Source of the DNA: Anaeramoeba ignava BMAN | Lineage: Eukaryota; Protista; Anaeramoebae | Length of the DNA stretch: 64,000 nt | Assembly (NCBI GenBank): GCA_028826165.1 | Contig: JAPDFW010000125.1 | Span: 496,001 to 560,000 of the forward strand | Direction: 5' to 3' | Shown here: piece by piece, positions 18,291-40,454 of the stretch | How positions within the stretch are numbered: the first letter of the stretch is position 1 | Layout: each line of letters starts with the position of its first letter | Notes under the pieces: generated by a model | What the model was told of the DNA's origin: nothing | What the model saw: the letters and a program-made list of their open reading frames with translations, nothing else | The model's database searches: none | Translations under genes and position numbers: made by a program

Positions 18291-18468
18291 AAAAATAAAA
18301 TTAAAAATAAAAAGATTTAAAAATTAAAATTTAAAATTTAAAAAAAAAAGGGAAAGAAAACTTTTCTTAATGAAATTAAAATTCAAAAGGAAAAAAAAAA
18401 AGAACAAATTCTGATTAAAAAAAAAGAAAAGAAAATTAAAAAAAGCAAAAAAAAAAAAAAAAACGGAA

Positions 18469-21400
18469 TCAAACTTTCTTATTTGAATGTCTTGGAGAAT
18501 CTTGTTCATCTTTTTTCTCTTCCATACTCCAAACTTTTCCTTTAATTCTTCTACTAAAATAAGATTCGAATTTTTCATCTTGTTTATGTTTTTTGGTAGT
18601 TTCCAAAATCAAACGTTTTCTGGAAGTAAAAGGACGAACAAAACCTGGTTGTTTATTACGAACATAACGGTTTGCGATGATAGCAGTAGAACGAACAAGA
18701 GTAGCGAGACAGTATTTTGAAACCACCATGCCATCAATAAGAGGACCGAAAAAATCAGTTCCATCTTTGATATGGACTTGAATACGAAATAAACCACTTG
18801 GAAGAGGATACACAACAATATGCGCAAAGTTAAATTGCGAGGAGATTGTGTGTGGAGAGTAATCACGATGATGCTCACTCCAAATAATCTGGATAAAATC
18901 ATTTCCAACGTGTCTTTTTTTATGAATTTGTTTTTCATCTTTTTCAATATTTTTCATTCTTGTTACAACATGAAAGATTATTTCCGTTGAGAAGTTCGCA
19001 AAATATGGTGTTGTCTTTCCATCCTGTTCTGTGAAGGTGTCTAATCCTCCGAGATATCCGCGGTGCTTTTGTATGTCCACATCCCATCCCAGGCCGTTGA
19101 TAAATTCTTCGTACAATGGCGATCCTTCTTGATTCAAAAGAATTTCTTGCTGTGCAGTTTGTCCAGGTCCAACATAAAGTACTCCGATTTTCTGTGTTTC
19201 TCTCTCAAAACGTTTGTCTAATTCTTTCAGCGTCTTCTGAAGTCTTTGTGACCATGTTAGTTCCACAAAAGAAGGAAGATCGTTCGGATCGATCAATCCA
19301 ATGTCTGTTAAAAATTTTCGACAAAAATGATATAAATTTAAAGGCTTTACTGCTGGTGTTGGTGTCAATATTTGGTTATTTTTTTCTCCCCCTTTTTTTT
19401 CTTTAAGGAATGTCTCCAGATTTTCTTCTTGATTGCGAAATAGTTTGCAGATTGTTTCGTCAGTTTCTATTGTTTCTTTTTCTTTTTCCTTTTCTTTTTC
19501 TTTTTCTTTTTCTTTCTCTTTTTCTTTGGATTGATTTGTTTCAATCCCTTTGAGTTGTGCTTGAACTTGCATTTGAGGTGATTGTGTTTGATTTTGTTCT
19601 TGTATGAAGTCGAGCATTTCCTTTATCATATCTGTTGATGTTTGGGGTTTATCTTCATTAAATTCTGGGATTTCTCCATATTCTCTGTGGAAACTAAAAA
19701 ATATTTAAAATATTAAAATTTCATGTAAATATTAAAATTTCATGTAAATATTAAAAATATTAAAAATATTAAAAAATATTATAAATTTCATGTAAATATT
19801 ATAAAATATTAAAAATATTTAAAATATTTAAAATATTTAAAAATATTAAAAAATATTAAAAATATTAAAAATATTGTAAATATTGTAAATATTTAAAATA
19901 TTAAAAATATTTAAAAAATATTAAAAATATTTAAAAAATATTAAAAATATTTAAAAATATTAAAAATATTAAAAAATATTGTAAATATTTAAAATATTAA
20001 AAAATATAAAAATATTTAAAAATATTATAAATATTAAAAATATTAAAAATATTATAAATTTCATGTAAATATTAAAAATATTATAAATATTTTTTATATA
20101 TTTAATTTACTCAATACTATCCTCAGATTCTTCTACTTTCGAATCCTCATTTTCATTATTATTCTCTTGACTTGTTTTTTCGCTCAAAAGATTTTCAGGA
20201 ATATTTTCTTTTTCTTTCAACTTTTCTTCTTCAAAAATCGGTAAATGTTTAATATCCCAAACATATTTACCAGTCATATCCCTCATCGTTATTCTTACAA
20301 TCCCATCGTTTTGATTCACAAGCTGATGAACAACAAATATTGTGTCTTGTTGATAAGCAAAGGCTTGGGTGTGAGAATAAATCTCCGCTTGGTTTTCATT
20401 TGGAATATCATCGTTGTAATACAAAGACGAAGATATCAATTCAGGACCTTCAGGGAATGGGAAATTATTCCAATAATTCAGCAAATTCAAAAGAATAGTT
20501 TCTGAAATCTCATAAAGTTCTTCAGGAAGTGCAGTGATCACAAAATTTTTATCTCGTTCATTTCTTTTGAGTTCAATTGCTATTTTGTGTCGAACCTCTT
20601 TCGTTTCTTCGCTTGAGTTTTCCACTTCTCTTCTCAATTCTTGGAAATCATTTGGTATTGTTACAATTGAGCGAAGAAATTTATCAATTATCATATATGT
20701 TGAATACAATGTTTTAAACAGTGTTTTACACATCACTGCGTTTAAAATTAATGAGCGAAATTCTACTATCCATTCAAGAATCACTTCGTACATATGCACA
20801 ACACATATTGGTATTTGCGCTTGTATTTTTGTTGATTTTTTATCTGCTTCCATTTTATTGAGGAAGTCCATTTTATCCATGATTTTTTGGCACATTGATT
20901 CAATAAGACGAGGTGCAATATTCTATTGAAATAATTGTTTTAAATTTCCTTTCATGTAAATATTTTTTTTTTCAAATCAAATCAAATCAAATCAAAAAAA
21001 AAACAATAACAAAATTAAAATTACATTATCTAAGTTTTCAAGTTTATCTGCAAATTGAGATAATAAAGTTAAACTATTAGCAGCAACCCTTGAGACAGTT
21101 TCATTTTCATTAGTTATAAATTCACAAAGAACCTGAATCGAGTCATTGATAATGGATTTGGTTAAATTAGATTCAGGAACAGATAATTCAGCAAAACAAA
21201 TTCCAGCAATAGTCCATAAAACAAACTTGGTTTCATTTGAACCAATTTTTTTACGAGAAAAAAGAACTAAAATATCAGTTATTCTTTTCCGAAAGCTTTT
21301 GATATATGTAAGGAATGTTGATAAAGTTGCAGAAGTTCCGTTTATATTCCATTCTTCTTGTGTGTTTGCTTCTCTTTTCATTTCTTCCTCTTTTAAATTA

Positions 21401-24400
21401 AAAACTAATGAAATATCCCCTTCATTCTTTGCATTCATCACTTTCATTGCTGAATTTTCTCTTTCTTGAATTTCAGAATCTATGACTGGATGAAATGAAA
21501 TATAATCATCAACATATTTTCTATTTTCAACAAATTTAGCGCAATCAAAAATTTCAAGATCTTCAAATTGATCTTGAAGACATGATAAAGATCCTAATAC
21601 AGTAATAGCATGCAATGTAATATTTTCATTTATGGGACTTTGGTAATTTGGATTTAACTAATTTAAATTAAATCAAAATTAAATTAAATTAAATTAAAAT
21701 TAAATTAAATTAAATTAAATTAAATTAAATTTAAATTAAAATTAAATTAAAATAAATCAAATTAAATTAAAATTAAATTAAATTAAATTAAAATTAAATT
21801 AAATTTAAATTAAATTATATTAAATTAAAATTAAATTAAATCAAATTTAAATTAAAATTAAATTAAATTAAATTTAAATCATATTAAATTAGATTAAATT
21901 AAATTGAATTAAATTAAATTAAATTAAATTAAATTAAATTGAATCAAATTAAATCAAATTAAATCAAATCAAAATTAAATCAAATTAAATTAAAAATTAA
22001 AATTAAAATTAAAATTAAATTAAATCAAAATCAAATTAAAATTAAATTAAATTAAAATTAAATTATATATTTACAAAGTTAGTTAATGCATTCATAAAAG
22101 CATTCGCTAAGCAATTTATTCCCGGAAATGAATATCCAAATAAATGAGAACAATATCTAATGATATTACAAGTAACATTATGATCATTTAATGCTAAACC
22201 CTATTAATTTTTAATAATAAAAATAAAAATAATTTTCATAATTTAATTTAAATTATATTTAATTTCTCTTTTACATGTGCAATTGCATAATAAAAATAAG
22301 CAATAAAAGTATCTGAAAGTGGACTTTGAGTTCTACAAACAATTGAACAAACTCCTCCATATGCAATTGCTCTTCCTTGTTTATGAGAATTGTCTTCATA
22401 ACAAGCTTGTAAGAGAATAGGTAAAAATAAATTGTTATAAGGTGGTTGTTCATGTTCTATTCCTAATTTATTTAATATTTAATTTAATTTCAAAATGAAT
22501 TTTAATTTCAAATTTAATTTTAATTTCAAAATAAATTTTAATTTCAAAATAAATTTTAATTTCAAAATAAATTTTAATTTCAAAATGAATTTTAATTTCA
22601 AAATGAATTTTAATTTCAAAATGAATTTTAATTTCAAAATGAATTTTAATTTCAAAATGAATTTTAATTTCAAAATGAATTTTAATTTCAAAATGAATTT
22701 TAATTTCAAAATGAATTTTAATTTCAAAATGAATTTTAATTTCAAAATGAATTTTAATTTCAAAATGAATTTTAATTTCAAATTTAATTTTAATTTCAAA
22801 ATGAATTTCAAAATGAATTTTAATTTTTAATTTACCTTCTGGTATTTGATGTTGTATTCTTAAAAATAAATCAAATAATTCAACATATGTAGATACACAA
22901 AGCGAATGAATCACTTCATTTCTAATCAAAGAAATATTTCCAACAATATCTAATTTATATTTATTCAATAATTTTAATATTAATATTATTATTATTTTGA
23001 TTATTATTATTATTATTATTATTTACGGAAAATTTTTGTCCAAAAAATCATTGCTATTTTTTTATCCCACCAACCTCCATCAAAAGATATACTTAAATTT
23101 CGAATAAATTATATTAAAAAAAAATAAATATTTTCTTTACTTCATTTTTATCTTATTTTTTACTAATAATCTAATTTCATTTCTGCATCAGTTTGTGATG
23201 GAATTAATTGTAAATCTTTTTTTGGATTCTTTTTTTTTTGTTTTGATTTTTTTATTTCGGAAAAATAAGAATAAAAAATTTTTTTTGAATTTGCTTTGTT
23301 TTAATATAATAAATTTACAAATGCATGTTTATTTCTTCTATCTAAATCAGAAACAAGAACAATATCTGGATCTCTTCTACTTGATAATTCTACTTCTTTT
23401 TTTGAATTTAGAAATTTTTCTTTTGTTCCAAAAAGATAATGATGAAACATAACTGTTAATTTGATAATTGTTCTCTAAATAATTCAAATTTCATGTTTAA
23501 AAAAAAAATATTTTGTTTTTTATTTTTTGTTATTTATTATTATTATTATTCTTACTTTCCATTGAATTATAGCATTTATATGTTGATTAAGAGAGAAAAA
23601 TAGAGATTGTAATTTTTCCCAATGATGTCTTTTTGTTGTTCTTGAAAAAATCCATAAAGTAAATAAAGTCTTGAAAATAAATAAATAATCAAGACGAAAA
23701 AAAGAATTTGTTGTTGATTTTTTTTTTTTTTGTTTTAAAATAAATTAATCAAATTTGTTCTTCTTTTGTATTTTTTTTTTCATGTCTTGTAAATGGCAAA
23801 AAAATAAATAATAATAATAATTACTCCAAATAAATGACCTGAAATTTGATTAAAAATTAAAATAGCTTCTGAGTTGACTGATAAACCTTTAATTAAATAA
23901 TTAGTTAAATCAATATAATTTAAAAGTAAATGAGACCAAGTTTCTTGAGATAAATATTCAGTTTTTTGCTTTCCTAAAGATTCTAAAATTTGAATATATC
24001 TTGTAAATCTTGAAACAATGTTTGATGTTTCACAATTAGAAAGGTTGATTCTAAACGCTGAAAGAATTTGTGAAATGAATTGTCTAAAATATCTTTGCAA
24101 ATTGTTTCGAATAATTTCTGGTCTATTTTTACTCTATATAAATTTAAACCAAAAAAAACACACACAAACACAATCATTTTAAATTTTTTGAAGTGATTTT
24201 TTGTTTTTTTAAATTTTTTTTTTTACTTGAATCCATTCTTCATAATAACCAATAACTTTTTGCACAGTTTCATCATGTTTTGTTGAAAGAAGTAATCCTT
24301 GTCTCATAATTTCAAGAACAATTTTCATATTATCTTCACTTTCAAATAAAACTGGTGAAATTTTTTCATCAACAAACCAGTTACTTAAATATTTTATCAA

Positions 24401-27400
24401 AACTAATTGAAGATCAAAAGGGCAATGTGAACTAAATCCAGTTTCTTTTCAATAATTAAAAAGCAAAAACAAAAGCAAAAGCAAATATTTTTTTTTATTA
24501 AATTAATTGAAAATTATTCATATTGTTATTATTTCCTATTTAAATACCATCATCTTGTTCTAATAAGTTGAGTTCTTTTCCAACATTTGGATATAAAGTT
24601 GTTAAAATATATTTTTTTAAAAGTTCGATCCAGAAATTTTTATCTTTGGCTTTTGTAGTAATAAAATCCAAAAGAGTTTCCAAAAGCCATATTGATTCTT
24701 CAATAACAAAATCTTGAGGTTTTTCTTTATTTGAACAAATTCCTTTAACTATATAAAAATTTTTTAATATAGAAATTTGAATTTAATATAAAAATTTGAA
24801 TTTAATATATATAATTGAATTTAATATATAAAATTGAATTTAATATATAAAAATTATTTAATATATAAAAATTATTTAATATATAAAATTGAATTTAATA
24901 TATAATTGAATTTAATATATAATTGAATTTAATATATAAAATTGAATTTAATTTATAAAATTGAATTTAATATATATAATTGAATTTAATATATAAAAAT
25001 TATTTAATATATAAAAATTATTTAATATATAAAATTGAATTTAATTTATAATTGAATTTAATATATAATTGAATTTAATATAAAATTGAATTTAATATAT
25101 AAATGAATTTAATATATAATTGAATTTAATATATAATTGAATTTAATATATAAAAATTATTTAATATATAAAAATTATTTAATATATAAAATTGAATTTA
25201 ATTTATAATTGAATTTAATATATAAAATTGAATTTAAATTTATAATTGAATTTAATATATAATTGAATTTAATATATATAAATTGAATTTAATATATAAA
25301 ATTGAATTTAATATATATAATTGAATTTAATATATAAATTTGAATTTAATTTATAAAATTGAATTTAATTTATAAAATTGAATTTAATATATATAATTGA
25401 ATTTAATATATAAAAATTATTTTAATATATAAAAATTATTTAATATATAAAATTGAATTTAATTTATAATTGAATTTAATATATATAATTGAATTTAATA
25501 TATATAATTGAATTTAATATATATAATTGAATTTAATATATATAATTGAATTTAATATATAATTGAATTTAATTTATAATTGAATTTAATATATAAAATT
25601 GAATTTAATATATATAATTGAATTTAATATATAAAATTGAATTTAATATATAAAATTGAATTTAATTTAAAATTGAATTTAATTTAAAATTGAATTTAAT
25701 ATATATAATTGAATTTAATATATAAAATTGAATTTAATATATAATTGAATTTAATATATAAAATTGAATTTAATTTATAATTGAATTTAATATATAATTG
25801 AATTTAATTAAATACCTTCTATTGGAGTTATTGCAAGTTTAACAGTATTTTCTGGATATTCTTTCAGAAAAGGATAAAAATTCATTGCATTTTTAAAAAT
25901 TTCCACAGTTTTTCTTTCAATATTATCTTCTAAATCATCAATAAATAAAAGGAGCATTTTGAAACCTTCTTTTCGAACATTTTGTTTATTTTTCAAACTA
26001 CATAATGATTCCATTAAATTTACTGTGGAAAATTTAATTCATTTTTTAATTATTTTTAATTTATTTTTAATTATTTTTAATTCATTTTTAATTTATTTTT
26101 CATTATTTTTTATCACTTACTAATACTTCTAATTTGCCATCTTTTTTGAATTACATCTTTTGCAAGAAGAAGAAGTTTTTCAAGTAATTGAAATAATATT
26201 GCAATTTCACTTGAAGAAGGAATTTTAATTTCTAAATAAATAAATCAAAAATGTATTGAATAATTTTTCATCAAAATTATTAAAATAAAAATTTTAAATC
26301 TAAATATAAATTTCAATTTTGATTTTGATTTCAAAATTCTGATCAATTTCAATTTCAATTTTGATTTCAATTTTGAATTTGATTTTGATTTTGATTTTGA
26401 TTTTGATTTTGATTTTGATTTTAATTTTGATTTTAATTTTGATTTTAATTTTGATTTTAATTTTGATTTTGATTTTGATTTTGATTTTGATTTTGATTTT
26501 GATTTCAAAATTCTGATCAATTTTAATTTTAATTTTAATTTTAATTTCAATTTTGATTTTGATTTTGATTTTGATTTTGATTTTGATTTTGATTTTGATT
26601 TTGATTTTGATTTTGATTTTCATTTTGATTTCAATTTTAATTTTGATTTTAATTTTAATTTCAATTTCAATTTTGATTTCAAAATTCTGATCAATTTCAA
26701 TTTTGATTTCAATTTCAATTTCAATTTTGATTTTAATTTTGAATTTGATTTTGATTTTGATTTTGATTTTGATTTTGATTTTGATTTTGATTTTGATTTT
26801 GATTTTGATTTTGATTTTAATTTTGATTTTTATTTTGATTTTGATTTTGATTTTGATTTTGATTTTAATTTTGATTTCGATTTTGATTTTAATTTTGATT
26901 TTGATTTTGATTTTGATTTTGATTTTGATTTCAATTTCAATTTTAATTTCAATTTTAATTTCAAAATTCTGATCAATTTTAATTTTAATTTTGATTTTAA
27001 TTTCAATTTTGATTTTGATTTTGATTTTGATTTTGATTTTGATTTCAATTTTGATTTTGATTTCAATTTTGATTTCAATTTTAATTTCAATTTTAATTTC
27101 AAAATTTTGATCAATTTTAATTTCAATTTCAATTTCAATTTCAATACTTGAGTTTTTTAAAATGATAATCAATTCATTCGAAAAAAAAAAATTTTTTTGA
27201 TTGTCAAATTTTTTTGATACTTTTTTGTTTGTTTTCAGCAGTTTCATATCCATGAAAAGAATCAAGAATTAAGGGATATATTACTGCATAATTTTCTAGA
27301 AATATTGTTGATTGATCATCTTCAGTTACCAAAGCTTTTTAAATTAAATGATAAAAAAAAAGATTTAACAAAAAAATTTAATAATAAAAAAAAAAAGCAA

Positions 27401-27604
27401 AAAATTTTTTTCATAAATTTTTTAATTTAATTAATAAAGATTTTTGTTTTGATTTGAATTGATTTGATTTGATTGAGTTTTTGTTTTTTGTTTTTTATTT
27501 TCTGTTTTTATACAAAGATATTCAGAAAGTGCTCGAAGTCTTTTTAAAACATGTTTTGATTCATCTCGAAAAACATTTAATTTCTTTAAAATTTGTTTTG
27601 ACAT
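18469..27604 (-). CDS. RALGAPA: Ral GTPase-activating protein alpha-subunit-like (Rap/Ran-GAP domain), about 17 exons, roughly 1,580 aa
   Basis: C-terminal Asn-thumb GAP domain (RETQKIGVLYV...YEEFINGLGW...TPYFA..TEIIFHVVTRM...KKRHVGNDFIQIIWSEH...FFGPLIDG...LVRSTAIIANR). N-terminal exons give KHVLKRLRAL, EKLLLLAKDVIQKRWQIRSI, VRKEGFKMLLLF and GWWDKKIAMIFW, matching recalled RalGAPA1/2 segments. All traced introns are GT-AG. Confidence 0.85.
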
Positions 27605-27695
27605 TTAAATTGGAAATTGAAGAAAAACAAAAAAAAAAATGAAAAAAAAAAGCAAAAAAAAAAATCATTTTTTTCATTTTTTTTTTCTTATTTTT

Positions 27696-29609
27696 ATGCA
27701 ATATTTGACTCAAGAAAAAGCTCTTTCTCTTTTTTTTGATCCAACAATTCCTCCTCAAAGAGCAACTTTTACACGAATGGATGAAGTTGAAAAATCACTT
27801 GAAGGTTTAAAACTTCTTGCTGTAAAATGAAAGAGCAAAAAAAAATATATTTTAAAAAAAATTCATTTAAAATTTTTTTCAATTAAAAAAAAATTAAAAG
27901 AATGAAAATAATTGGAAAGGAGTTGTTCATTTAACTTTAATTCTTAGTGAAACTTATAAAGATGATTTAGAAATCTCTTTACAGATTAAGTTAATTCAAA
28001 TAATTGGATTAATAAAATTGGAATTATATAGTCGTGCACAAGATTCTTTACAAAAATTAGGAAATTTAAATTCAAAACAATATTTTTATGAAACATATCC
28101 AGCAAAATTTCCAAATCGAAAAGGTAATTTTTTTTCAAATTTTCATAATGAATTTCAAAATGAATTTCAATTTTATAATGAATTTTAATTTTAATTTTAA
28201 TTTTAATTTTAAAATGAATTTCAAAATGAATTTCAATTTATTTCAAAATGAATTTTAATTTCAAAATGAATTTTAATTTTAAAATGAATTTCAAAATGAA
28301 TTTCAAAATGAATTTTAATTTTAATTTCAATTTTAATTTCAAAATGAATTTTAATTTTAATTTTAATTTCATATTTCATAATGAATTTCAATTTTAATTT
28401 TAATTTTAATTTTAATTTTAATTTCAAAATGAATTTTAATTTCAAAATGAATTTCAATTTATTTCAAAATGAATTTTAATTTATTTCAAAATGAATTTCA
28501 AAATGAATTTTAAAATGAATTTTAATTTTAATTTATTTCAAAATGAATTTTAATTTATTTCAAAATGAATTTTAAAATGAATTTTAATTTCAATTTATTT
28601 CAAAATGAATTTTAATTTCAATTTATTTCAAAATGAATTTTAATTTTAAAATGAATTTTAATTTTAAAATGAATTTTAATTTCAAAATGAATTTTAATTT
28701 CAATTTATTTCTAAATGAATTTTTTAATCAAAAGGTAGTTTTGTTCCTTTTACATTGAGAGTTTTACAAGCAGAATTCCCATATTTTCAAGGAGATTATG
28801 ATAAAGCACTTGAAAATCTTTATACTCTTCACAGTAATTGTATTCAAGAAATTGGAGAAATTAAAAAGAAAATTGAAGATTTTGGAGGAAAATATCCAGA
28901 AACTATAACAGAAATTAATTCACCAAATTCTCTTTATGATCAAAATTTTATGATTCAAAATAATTTTGAAACAAAATCAAATTATTCAATTGAAGATATT
29001 ATTGAGTTAACAATAAATACAGTTGGAAATGTAGATGATTTAGAAACAGCAAAAGAATCACTTTCACTTCTTGAAAAACGAAGTTCAATGATTTTATTTA
29101 AAATTATAAATATTCATATTTTCCAAAATGATTTCGAACTTGCCTTAAATCACTTGAATAATTTATATTTAAAATTTCCTTCTGATCACTTTTTATCTTC
29201 AACTATTGGAAGAATTTATTTAAAACTTGGAGATATTGAATCAGCAAAAAAAGCATTTGAATTTGTTGAGAAAATAACAGGAGCAACAAGTATATTTTCC
29301 AAATCAAATTCAGGATTGGTTCAAATTGCACTTGGAAATTATCGACAAGCACGTGATATTTTTCAAGAAATTTATGATAATGATCCAAATAATATTTCTG
29401 CTTTGAATAACTTGGCACTAATGCATTTTTATACTTGTAATTTGGAAAAAGCAATTTTTACACTTGAAACTTTTATTCGAAAAGATCCTGTTCAAAATCT
29501 CCAAAAAGTTATTGTGAATAATTTGAGTGGTTTATATGATTTAGGTTGTGATAATAGTGAAGAGAAAAAGAAAGTTTTAAGTTTAGTTTATGATTCTTAT
29601 AAACTTTAA
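27696..29609 (+). CDS. TRAPPC12: Trafficking protein particle complex subunit 12 (TRAPPC12/TTC15), 3 exons (27696-27821, 27901-28123, 28735-29609), 407 aa
   Basis: The spliced motif YFYETYPAKFPNRKG|SFVPFTLRVLQAE matches the TRAPPC12 signature; C-terminal TPR repeats, NNLALMHFY and NLSGLYDL. Confidence 0.88.
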
Positions 29610-29639
29610 AATGAATTTTTTAAATCTATTTCTTTAATA

Positions 29640-30005
29640 AATTTCCAAATCAATTTTTAAATCAATTTTTAAATCAATTTTTAATAAATTTTTAAATCAA
29701 TTTTTAAATAAATTTCCAAATAAATTTTAAATAAATTTCCTAATCAATTTTCAAATCAATTTCCAAATCAATTTTAAATAAATTTCCAAATGAATTTTTA
29801 AATCAATTTTTAAATCAATTTTTAAATAAATTTTTAAATCAATTTTTAAATCAATTTTTAAATCAATTTCCAAATCATTTTTCAATAAATTTTAAATCAA
29901 TTTTTAAATCAATTTTTAAATAAATTTTTAAATCAATTTCCAAATCAATTTTTAAATCAATTTTTTAAATCAATTTTTAAATAAATTTTTAAATAAATTT
30001 TTAAA
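29640..30005. repeat. (AAATCAATTTTT)n-type intergenic repeat
   Basis: Directly visible. Confidence 0.75.
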
Positions 30006-30069
30006 TTCATTTTTTCATTTTTTCATTTTTTCATTTTTTCATTTTTTTATTTCAATTTTTTAAAAAAAA

Positions 30070-40321
<10,252 letters not shown>

Positions 40322-40454
40322 ATTAAATTAAATTAAATTAAATTAAATTAAATTAAATAATTTTTTTAAAAAGAAAAAGAAAAAATTTAAATCTTTATTA
40401 TTTTAAGTTAAAATTGAATTTTTTTCTTTTTCTTTTTCTTTTTGTTTTTGTTTT

